A stretch of DNA of 64,000 nucleotides, from the IMG/VR virus record IMGVR_UViG_3300032770_000008. One strand, given 5' to 3'. The DNA comes from an uncultured virus (IMG/VR IMGVR_UViG_3300032770_000008). Taxonomy: Duplodnaviria > Heunggongvirae > Uroviricota > Caudoviricetes. The notes below the pieces were generated by a model. It was not told where the DNA came from, made no database searches, and saw only the letters and a program-made list of their open reading frames with translations. A program made the translations under genes and the position numbers. Shown piece after piece: positions 51,507 through 60,627 of the stretch (its first letter is position 1; each line of letters begins with the position of its first letter).

Positions 51507-51734
51507 TCACGGGGTGCCTCCTGGCAATCGCGGGAACGGCACGAGCGTGCCGTCCGGCTGGATCACGTCGACCTTCTGCTCCGCCGCGGCGAGCTCGGCG
51601 GCGATCTCGCGGCCAAGCGCGACGCCGCGATCGTACTCGGCCAGGCTCTCCTCGAGCGAGAGCTTGCCGGACTCGATGCGCGCGGTGATCGCGCGGAGCT
51701 CGGACAGCTTGGCGGCGAGCGGCGACGCGCTCAA
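51507..51734 (-). CDS. xseB: Exodeoxyribonuclease VII small subunit
   Basis: 'L.EL..I...IESGKLSLEESLAEYDRGV.L......L..AEQKV' XseB signature. Confidence 0.8.
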   Translation of the reverse strand: MSASPLAAKLSELRAITARIESGKLSLEESLAEYDRGVALGREIAAELAAAEQKVDVIQPDGTLVPFPRLPGGTP

Positions 51735-52058
51735 TCGATCACCTCATCGAGCGGCGGCCACTCGCCGTTCAGGGTGCGCTGCTTCCGCAGCTCGTGATAG
51801 CACGTGGTCTCGATCATCCGATCGCCGTCGGGCGGCACGATCTCGACGACGGCCGGTTTCTCCTCGATCGTCTCGACGTGGCGCTCGTCGTAGCTCTGGG
51901 GCCACGCCGTACCCTGCGCGAAGATCGCGCGCGCCTCGGCCTCGGTCGCGGCCTTGATCGTTCGCTCGTAGACGACGCGGACGACGCGCTCGACGCCGAT
52001 CTTGAATCGCGGCAGCGGGTAGCAGCGATCGCAGTCGTCGTTACCGCACGGCTCGCGA

Positions 52059-52526
52059 TCACGCACGGACCACGCTCGCGATCATGCCGCGCACCGCGGC
52101 GAGCTTGGCTTCGAGCCCCTCGCGCGTCCGCGGCAGGCGGACGCAGTTGTGCTTCCGCAAGATCGCGCGGACGCGCCGCCGGGCGCTCGGATCGTCCAGG
52201 TGCATCATCGTCTCGTAATCGGTCTCCTCGCCCTCGCGTCGGGCGATATCGCGCCGTCCGCAGGCGATGAGCAGCCGGCGCGAGACGGACATCGCGGCCA
52301 GCTCGCGACAACATAGTTCATGCGTTTTCGGACTGTCGAGCTCGCCGTTATCGTCGAGTCCGAACATCGGCAGGCCGATCCACTCGGGCGGTACGGTCAG
52401 GAGATGCCCCAGCTCGTGCGCCGGCCACCACAGGGCTCCGTCGGAGGGCCACGCTCTCGGGTGGCGCGACGCGACGGGGACGTAGCGACGGTACAAGAGG
52501 GAGAGATCGCGGAGCGTGAGCTTCAT
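52059..52526 (-). CDS. Putative zinc metallopeptidase-like protein
   Basis: HELGH motif with downstream E ('CRELAA'). Confidence 0.45.
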   Translation of the reverse strand: MKLTLRDLSLLYRRYVPVASRHPRAWPSDGALWWPAHELGHLLTVPPEWIGLPMFGLDDNGELDSPKTHELCCRELAAMSVSRRLLIACGRRDIARREGEETDYETMMHLDDPSARRRVRAILRKHNCVRLPRTREGLEAKLAAVRGMIASVVRA

Positions 52527-54131
52527 CCGATCACCGCCCCGACACGCCGGAAGTAGCGTCCGAAGCCGCCGCGTACCACGTCGACGCGATCGCGCGGCCG
52601 CGCCAGGCGACGAAGGGCGACGATCACGCAGATCGCGGCGAAGGCGCCGATCGAGAACGGAACGATCAGGCTGAGCGGGTTGTTATCGCCCACCGTGCGC
52701 CCGCGCCTTCCGCGCCTCGCGGATCGCGTTGATCGACTCTCGCGTGAGCGAGAGCTCGACACGCGCACCAGGCAGTAGCGTGCCCCGCGGCACGACGCTC
52801 TTGAGCCCGTCTACGATCAAATCGACGATCTGTTTGTCATCGAGGAATGGGATGCCGTCGCGATCGTCATCGATCAGGACGAGGTAATCGAGCTTGACGC
52901 GGGCGACGCGCTTCATCGAAACCTCGAGCTCTCGCGCAACAGGCACCACCAACCGGTCAGTGCGGTGCACCAACCCATCGACGCGTTCGTATGTGCGCCT
53001 GCGAGACTTGCGACGAAGACTGTCAAACACAAGATCACCTGACATCGAAGCAGGTACACGCCGATCGGTTTCATCGTCCCTCCATCGTGATGGCCCAGCG
53101 CTTGGCGATGTCGTTCACCTGCTCTCGATCGTCCTCGTCGTCGAGGACCCCGTGGCACGCGAGTACGAGGCGGAGTAGCCACGCGACGTCGCGGCGCGCC
53201 TGCTCGGTGGTTGGCAGTTTCGATTTCCGCTTGGTCATCGCGTCTCCATGTGAGCAATCGCGTCGATCCGCCGCCGCCGCTCCGCGACCGCCTCCGGCGC
53301 GTAACGGCCGACGCGTCGCTGCTCCTGGCAGGTGAGGCACAGCCGGACGTGCCGGCGCTGCCCCTTCCACCGATACGCCACGATCCCGCTGCACGCGCGG
53401 CAGACGTCGTCGCCGCAGCCCCAGCACGTGACGATCGAGCTCGCCGCCGCACCCTGGCCGGGGGCGGCCTCGCAGTCGATCGAGTCGACGACCGAGCAGG
53501 ATCGATCCGTCATCGTGGTCCGTATCGCGCCGGTCTTCTCCAGCACGTGCTGGCAGTCCATCGCAGCGGTCACAAGATCGCTCCGATCAAGAGCAGCGGC
53601 CAGATCGCCGCGACGAAGAGTCCGATCGCGAGCGCGCTCATCTTCGGCGACTTGAAGTAGCCGCGGCCGTCCGTGCGCATGAGGAGAGGTTCCTCCGTGA
53701 AGATTTCGATCGCCGCGACGCAGCTACCGAAGAAGATCGAGAGGCCGATGTAGATGCAGAGCCAGATCATTTCGCGGCCTCCAGTCTCGCGCGAAGATCC
53801 TCGCGCTCACCCTCGTCGTTCCACAGCCGCTCGAACGCCTCCGCGCCCGCCTCGTCGGCGCACTCGCGGCCGAAGAAGTAGAACTCGCGCGCGAGCGCCT
53901 TCACGTCGCTTAGCGTGCGCGGCGGATCGCGGAACACCTCTTCTGGCGATCGCGGCTGGCGCTTGAGCGGAATCGTCGAGCCCTCGGCGCCGTGCTTGTG
54001 CGGGCACGGGCACGCGTTCAAGACGAACTTGATCGGCTGCTTGTCGCCCGAGTAGCAGACGCCACCGTAGTCGTGCGCGTGGTGGTGGCCGCACGCCGCG
54101 CAAAGCCGCTCACATAGGCGCGCCGACTGCG

Positions 54132-54986
54132 TCACGGCATCCCTCGGACGAGGTGCATCGCCGCGACGCCGAACGCGGCCGTCAGGCCCGCGTCCGGGCG
54201 GCCGTCGCTCGCGTCGCCGAACGGATTCTTGTAGCGGAGAAAACCGAGGTCGACCCACCGCCCGTCCTTCGTCGGCTGGAGCACGGTCGCCTCGTTCCGC
54301 AGCCACGGCTCGCGGTGCTCGAGAATGAGCTTGGCGGCGAGCACTTCTTCTTCGCCGGGCACGGTCCAGTCGTGGAAGTGAAGGACACAGCGATCGTCGA
54401 CGTCGTAGCAGATCTTGCCGAGCTTGACGGCGGTGTCCGAGTGGCGGTGCGCGATCAGGTAGCGATGACCGGAGAGACCGCCGCGGACCATGATCGCGCG
54501 GTGCCTGGCCCAGTCGGCGTGCTCCTCGGGCGTAAGGAACGAGAGCAAGACCTCGCTGGCCATGTCCACGCTCCCCGGTACGCACTCCGGGCAGCACGGC
54601 GTCGGACGCGCGACGGACGCGGCCTTCGATCGTCGCCTGCCCTTCTTCGCCTCGGCCGCGATCGTCTCGATCGCGCCGGTCTCGGCGATCTCGAGCTTGC
54701 CGTCCTCGAACTTGACGGCGGTCAGCGTGCGATCGGCGGGCTTGGCGAGCTTGACGAGCACCGGACCGACGTCCTCGACCGGCGCCGCGATCGAGATCGT
54801 CTGCTGGCGATCGTCGCCGAGCTCGGCAGCGGTCCACTTCTTCTTCTTCGCCTGCGCGAGGAAGCGGCCTAGGACGTCGCGCTCGTGCGGCGTCGGATCG
54901 GTGACGACGAGCTCGCATGTGTCGTCACCAGCGGCGACGAGGCGGAAGTCCCCGTTCCACGCGGGAAAAAACCAGGCGTCGATCAC
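54132..54986 (-). CDS. Hypothetical phage protein
   Basis: 284-aa ORF, normal composition, coupled to neighbours. Confidence 0.55.
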   Translation of the reverse strand: MIDAWFFPAWNGDFRLVAAGDDTCELVVTDPTPHERDVLGRFLAQAKKKKWTAAELGDDRQQTISIAAPVEDVGPVLVKLAKPADRTLTAVKFEDGKLEIAETGAIETIAAEAKKGRRRSKAASVARPTPCCPECVPGSVDMASEVLLSFLTPEEHADWARHRAIMVRGGLSGHRYLIAHRHSDTAVKLGKICYDVDDRCVLHFHDWTVPGEEEVLAAKLILEHREPWLRNEATVLQPTKDGRWVDLGFLRYKNPFGDASDGRPDAGLTAAFGVAAMHLVRGMP

Positions 54987-55756
54987 GAGTCACTCTCCAT
55001 GAGCGCCCGGACGGTCTCCTCGGAGATCTGGCCGCCGCCAGTCACGGCGTCGGGCAGCTGGTCGAGCTCCTCGACAAGGCCGTCGAGCCGCGACTCGGCC
55101 GGCGCCGCCGTAACGCCTCGCCGCCGCGCGATCGCCGCGTCCCATCCGGCCTGGTACGCCGGCGTCCTGGCGCTCGCGGCGACGACGGCGCAGCCGTCCA
55201 CCAGGTCGCGGTCGAAGTTGTCTTGCTGGGATCCGTCGAGGAAGCCGTGCTCGAAGCTGCCCCTCACGACCTCGACGCGCGCGATCTCGTCCGCCGTGGT
55301 GGCCGCCGGGACCTCGAAGCGCGTGCCGACGAGGCGCCGCTCGAGCTCGCGAGCGACGTCGTGCAGCCCGCGATCGTGGGCGTCGGCGATCGCGGCGACG
55401 AGCTTCTGCGGGTCGCCGCCGAACATCTTTGGCGCCAGCGCGAGCAGCTCGCGCAGGATCCGCGCGCCGAACGTCTCCGCCTGCTGGGCCAGGGCCGCGC
55501 TCGCTGCGCCGGGGAGGCCCACGGTGTCGGGATTGAGTCCCATCGGCGCCGCGAGCGACTCCATCGCGCCGCCGACGTCTGCGATCACCTGCTGGACATC
55601 GCCGACGCTCTTGGCGAGCGTGGTGAGCAAGTCCTTGGCGGCGATCGCGACGTCGTAGAGGCGGCGCGCGGTCGCGATGTCGAACGGCTTGCCGCCGTTG
55701 TCCAAGATGTCGCGCAGCTCAGCGCGGAGGGCCTCGGCGATTCGTTCGGTGGTCAT
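54983..55756 (-). CDS. Hypothetical phage protein
   Basis: ATG at 55756 with RBS gaaggaaggac. Confidence 0.55.
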   Translation of the reverse strand: MTTERIAEALRAELRDILDNGGKPFDIATARRLYDVAIAAKDLLTTLAKSVGDVQQVIADVGGAMESLAAPMGLNPDTVGLPGAASAALAQQAETFGARILRELLALAPKMFGGDPQKLVAAIADAHDRGLHDVARELERRLVGTRFEVPAATTADEIARVEVVRGSFEHGFLDGSQQDNFDRDLVDGCAVVAASARTPAYQAGWDAAIARRRGVTAAPAESRLDGLVEELDQLPDAVTGGGQISEETVRALMESDS

Positions 55757-56760
55757 GGTCGTCCTTCCTTCGTAGCCGCGCCGGTTGAGATCCTGGCGCC
55801 AGTAGGTTTTCGCGAGCACGCCGAGCATGCTCAGTTCCGCCACAAGATCGAGCTCGGCGCGATGCCGCGGACACCGCGCGCGCGGATCCGCCACGTGCCG
55901 CCCTGCAACGCGATGTGCGCTTCCATGTAGGCCATCGCGGCCTCGAACGTTCCGGTATTGTACTGCTCGCCCCAGCGATCGCGCCGCGTGAGGGCCGTCT
56001 TGACGAGCTTCTCGACGACGAAGCGGCCGCGCGCGCCGCGGGTGGCTGGATTGTGTCGACTCACGATAGTCCCTCCGCGATCGCGCGAACCACGCCGGCA
56101 ACCTCGGAGATGGGCTCCGCTCGATCATAGGCGCTCTCGTCGAGATCGCCGTTGCCCGCGATCACCGTCGCGCGCTTGTCGAGTCGATCAGCGAGGCGCG
56201 CGAGCACCTCGGCGATCTCTCGGCGCACTTGCGCGCGTGTAGCTCGATCTTCGTCGCTCACAGCTTCACGAACCTTCCGTCGCACAGCCGGTGCAACCAC
56301 GGGAACCCAACGACGATCGCGTGATCGTAATACGGCCGCTTGCAAAGCTTGCAGGCGACGTCGCCGCTCGCGCGCTGCCAGTCGGCCGCCTCGACGCGCG
56401 CGAGGTCGATCTTGTTGGGCCGGGACAGCTCGACGATCGCGCGAGCGAACGAGACGATCGTGTCGAGGGTGCGATCACCGTCCGGCAGCACCGCGACGTC
56501 GCCGGCAGTGATGCGGCGGGCGTACTCGATCGCGGTGCGCGTCGCGTCGGTCACGTCTCCTCCGCGCGCTCGGTGATCCGCAGCGCGACGACCTTGCCAT
56601 TCCCGGCCCTGATGGCGGCGTCGAGTCCGCACGGGAAGCACATGTTGAGGAGCATCTTCGCGCGTTCGTCTGACGCGCCGGCGCGGACCTGGATCATCGA
56701 CGGGAACGCCCCCGGGCGCTCGGCGTTTTCCCAGCCATAATGCGTGCTCTAGTTTCTCGC

Positions 56761-57039
56761 TCACGCGCGCCTCCGCTTCGCGTGGTGCCGGTAGTACGCG
56801 GCGCGATCGTAACGAATGCCGACACGCTCGAGCGCGTCGAAGAACTTGTCCTGCCACTGCCCCGCCAGCGTCGGTGCTCCGCCGGCGCGCAGCGCGGTCA
56901 GGTTGATCACGAGGCCCGGGGCGGACTGCTTCAAGTAGCGAAGCGCGAAGTCGACGCACGAGGCGAGCTCCGTCGCGGCCGCGCGTAGCTCCTGGTACTC
57001 GGCCTCGGTGTGCTTCTTCTTCGGCGGCTTCTTCTTCAT
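56761..57039 (-). CDS. Hypothetical protein, paralogue of 59084..59533
   Basis: 'AA.ELA.CVDF.LR..K...WQ..FFDAL...G..YDRA.YY'. Confidence 0.6.
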   Translation of the reverse strand: MKKKPPKKKHTEAEYQELRAAATELASCVDFALRYLKQSAPGLVINLTALRAGGAPTLAGQWQDKFFDALERVGIRYDRAAYYRHHAKRRRA

Positions 57040-58914
57040 CGCCTGTCCTCCTGAACCGCGAGTGCCGCATCGGTGAGCCGATCGAGCTCGTCCTCCGCGC
57101 GCTCCCACTCCTCGCAGAGCGACACACATTCGGGGAGGCCGTCTCCGCGATCGTGCGCGGCATCGAACGCGAGATCCTTGCGCCGCCGATCGAGCGCGGC
57201 CTCGTAGATCGGTCGCATGCGCTCACACTCGGCGTGTAGCGCACCGGCGTCGCCACGGACCTCGTTCTGTTCGATCACCACGGGCAGACGATCTTGTAGC
57301 TCCGCGACCTCGTCACGCTCGACAAGCCGTCTAACCTGCTCCGCAAGCGCGACGTCAAACGCGTCGAGCCGAATCCGCGCGTCGCGCAACATCTTCACCT
57401 CGTCGAGCAGCCGGATCGCATCCAACGATGTGAAGCGATCTGGTCCAGTGGCCAGCGACGTACACTCCTCGCGATACCACGCGTCGGCAAGCGCCCGCAG
57501 ATGAGCGATCTCATCGTCGGTCAGTAAGGCGATGGTGCTCATCGCGGCTCCTTCGCTTCGACAGCACGGCGAACTCGCGCCGCCGCGTCCGCGTGTGCGG
57601 CGTTGGTGACGAGTCTCAGCTGCTCCCGTTTTTCTCCCAGCGCGCACCGCACGTCGTGCCCGTCGATCGCGGGGCACTCGTCGTACTTCTCGCAGGCCGC
57701 CTGCCCGAGAGCCATCGCCGCCACGAACACCGGTCGCATGCGCGCGATCTCGGCATGCAGCCGCTCGATCTCGCGCTGCGCGGTTCCGTCGCCGACCGCG
57801 AACGTACCATCGAGCACCGCGGCCATCCGCTCGTCAGCAGCGATAACGTCCGCGCGCAGTTTCTCGGCCTCGGCGCGCAGGGTGTCGCGCTCGGCCTTCA
57901 ACGTCTCGCGAATGCGCTCGGCGAGATCGCCGGGCTCGGTTGGACCGTTGAGGAGTCGCTCTCGCAACCTCTGCACCTCGTCGAGCAGCCGAGGCACCGA
58001 GTCGCGAGATATCTCCTTCGCCGCGAGACCGGCGCCGTCGCGGTGATGCTTGTACGAATCGGCCAAGAACTTCGCTCGCGCCGCGATCTGCAGCAGCTCG
58101 TCGTCGGTCAGCCCGCTCATCGCGGCCCCTTCGACTCGGCGAGCGCGGCGTCGACGGCATAGCGAAGGTAGTTGACGCAGGGACCACGCACCTTGATCTC
58201 GCCGACGCGATCCTCGTCGCTTGCGTCACGTATCGCCTCAAGGACCGGCCGCATGCGCTCGTTCTCGGCGCGCAGGGCGTCGCGCTCGGCGATCACCGGT
58301 CCGATCGCACCGTCCTCCAAGATCTTTCGCTCGTCCCGCCGGAGCTGCTCGTAGTCCATGAGCGGCCCGTGATCGATCGCGCCAGGTCCCAGATCGGCGG
58401 CCGCGTGCACGCGCCGGAGGTTGGCGAAGACGACGCCCGTGCGATCGACGACCTCGACGAGTGCGCCGGCGAAGCGCGCGGCCCCGTTGTCGAACTCGGA
58501 TTCGCTGAGACCTCCCGCCGCGAGGAACTCGCGCGCGCCCTCGATCGTACGCTGGAGCTCGGTCATGGCGCGTTGCTTATCGCGCCGCGGCGCACACCAC
58601 GCCTCGGCGAACGCGAGGCTGTCGCGCGCGTCGATTTCGTCGAGCATCTCGCGCAGCGCGTGGGGAACGTCCTCCCCATCTTCGCGGATGATCTTTTCGA
58701 TCCCGGACCGGAGCTCCTCGGCCTCCCCGCCGTGGATCGCGCCCGCGTGCTTGCCGCACGGCAGACCCACGACGCAGCGGCCGGCGATCTGAACGAGTGC
58801 CTCGGCACACTTGACCGCCCACTCGGACGTCGCGCGCTTGTTCATGTGCCCGTCGGGCAGCGCGACGAGCTCGCCCGCCTCTTCGATCGTCTGCTGGAGA
58901 TCGTCGTCCGTCAT
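57036..58914 (-). CDS. Three tandem coiled-coil Ead/Ea22-like proteins (57036-57542, 57539-58120, 58117-58914)
   Basis: Shared 'TDD(E/D)', 'LLDEV'/'MLDEI' and '(E/A)RMRP(I/V)' motifs. Confidence 0.5.
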
Positions 58915-59083
58915 CGTGGCGCGATCTCCCGCAGGTACCGCAGGCAGCGGTAGATGTTCGGCAACTGCACCGCGAGCGCCGGCGGCAACGCCGCGATCGC
59001 AGTGATGTGCTTCTGCACGATCGCGATCGCCTCGTCGATGTCGCGTGCGGAGGGCGGCTGCCCCGTCTTGTCGTCGAATTCGA

Positions 59084-59533
59084 TCACGACGCGCGCCCCC
59101 GCTTCTTCTTGCCGAGACTCGCGTAGTATCCGGCGCGGTCGTACTCGACGCCGAGCAGCGCCAGCGCGTCGAAGAAGTCCTCCTGCCAGCGGCGCACCGA
59201 CGTCGGCTTCCCGGCCCTCATCGCGGCGAGGTCGATCATCATGCCGGATCCGCCGAGGTGCTTGTAGTGGCGCAGCGTGAAGTCGACGCACCGGGCGAGC
59301 TCGAGCGCGGCCGCCTTCCAATCGATCGCGTCGTCCGGCGTCGCCGCGAGGATCGCGGCGATCTTGGCCAGGGTCCGCACGGCCGTGTTGCTCTGGCTGC
59401 GCTTCGGATCTTGGTGCGCGTCGAGCCGGGCGGCGATCCGCGGCCAGTCGAACATCGAGCTGCCGACCGCCGCGCGGATCTCGCGGAGCGGAGACGGCGC
59501 GGGCGACGGGGGTTGCTTCGTCGCGGTCTTCAC
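59084..59533 (-). CDS. Hypothetical protein, paralogue of 56761..57039
   Basis: Shared motifs with 56761..57039. Confidence 0.6.
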   Translation of the reverse strand: MKTATKQPPSPAPSPLREIRAAVGSSMFDWPRIAARLDAHQDPKRSQSNTAVRTLAKIAAILAATPDDAIDWKAAALELARCVDFTLRHYKHLGGSGMMIDLAAMRAGKPTSVRRWQEDFFDALALLGVEYDRAGYYASLGKKKRGRAS

Positions 59534-59974
59534 GACGCGGGTCCCTTGTCGACGGTGAGCTCGCCGCGCGCGGTGCGTCGCACGCACTCCCACAACATGA
59601 TCGTCATCTGGAGGAAGTTGTCCGGCGCCTCCGCGGCGGTCGGATCGACCTCGATGTAATTGGTGAGCGCGATCTTGCGCTGTCCCTCGTCGGTCTCGAT
59701 CCACATCTCCTTGATTCGCATTTAGGTCCCCTCGCGCATGCGCGCGTAGAGCGCCGCGCGCTCCTTGTCGGTCAGCTTGCTCGTCAGCCGCGCGATCGCG
59801 CCGTCGGTCGCCGACTCGATGAGTTGCGCCACGTACGTAGTGACCAGCTCGATCCGGCGCTCGCGCGCGTCGTCTCCGCGCGTCGCGACGATCTCGTCGA
59901 CGATCCGCGCGGCGAGATCTCGGATCCGTAGCTGCCGATCCATGGTAGCGTCGCCTCGCTTGATCGCCTGAGAA

Positions 59975-60241
59975 TCAAGTTTTGTGTTTCTGTTCATACT
60001 TGCTCGGTGAGTCAACTGCCGAGACACGACGGCCTCCGCTTGCTGTTGTCAAAGGCAGCTCGGCCTGATCGCCACCGACGACGGGCGGAACGGGCGCCGC
60101 GGGCGGGACCGCGGCGGCGTTGCCGAGCGCTCGGATCCAATCCGCGATCGGCTGCGCGCTCCGCCGCGCGGCGCGCTTCCAGTTCGCGAACTCGCGCGCC
60201 GTGAGCCGGATCTGAAAGGGGTGAGATCTCTTCGCGGGCAC
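59975..60241 (-). CDS. Ribbon-helix-helix protein divergent from the cas operon
   Basis: 'FQIRLTAREFANWKRAARRSAQPIADWIR'. Confidence 0.55.
   Translation of the reverse strand: MPAKRSHPFQIRLTAREFANWKRAARRSAQPIADWIRALGNAAAVPPAAPVPPVVGGDQAELPLTTASGGRRVSAVDSPSKYEQKHKT
59990..60025 (+). repeat. Orphan variant CRISPR repeat
   Basis: CTGTTCATACTTGCTCGGTGAGTCAACTGCCGAGAC shares TGCTCGG and ACTGCCGAGAC with the array repeat at the same offsets. Confidence 0.7.
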
Positions 60242-60249
60242 GTCATTCG

Positions 60250-60278
60250 CTCTTAGCGCGACGTAATTACGTTGTCAA
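60250..60278 (-). promoter_or_regulatory. Promoter TTGACA-N17-TAAGAG with 12-bp palindromic operator ACGTAATTACGT
   Basis: Palindrome 60261-60272 lies in the spacer; the RHH start follows at 60241. Confidence 0.55.
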
Positions 60279-60313
60279 TCTCCGAATGATCATGCTATGA
60301 GAGATCTCTACCC

Positions 60314-60556
60314 GTGATTTCAGCCTTCCTTTTCCAGGGCACGCTCCACGCCGTCCACGTCGTCGCTCGTTCCGGGCTCACCAAGATCGCGGTGACCGCG
60401 CTGTGCGCGGCCGCCGGCGACGCCGGCGACGGGATCTACCAGGTGCCGACGTGGGCGTTCGACGGCCGCACTTCCTACGCGACCGCGACGGCGTGCGGTG
60501 AATGTGGCAAGCGGCTGCGCGCCATGATGACGGCGCCGAAGGGAGATGGATCGTGA
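60314..60556 (+). CDS. Small hypothetical protein upstream of the Cas effector
   Basis: 80-aa ORF with H, C and CxxC residues. Confidence 0.35.
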   Translation: MISAFLFQGTLHAVHVVARSGLTKIAVTALCAAAGDAGDGIYQVPTWAFDGRTSYATATACGECGKRLRAMMTAPKGDGS

Positions 60557-60627
60557 ACGAGACCTACGGGTCGATCGCGATCTGGCTCGTCATCATCGAA
60601 CTCTGTTTCCGCTGATCAAAGGATCCC

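Noticed and set aside
60049..60278. GTTGTCAA shared between the sequence after the orphan repeat and the cas promoter
   Set aside because: Only 8 nt and distal from the expected seed; too weak to claim autoregulatory targeting
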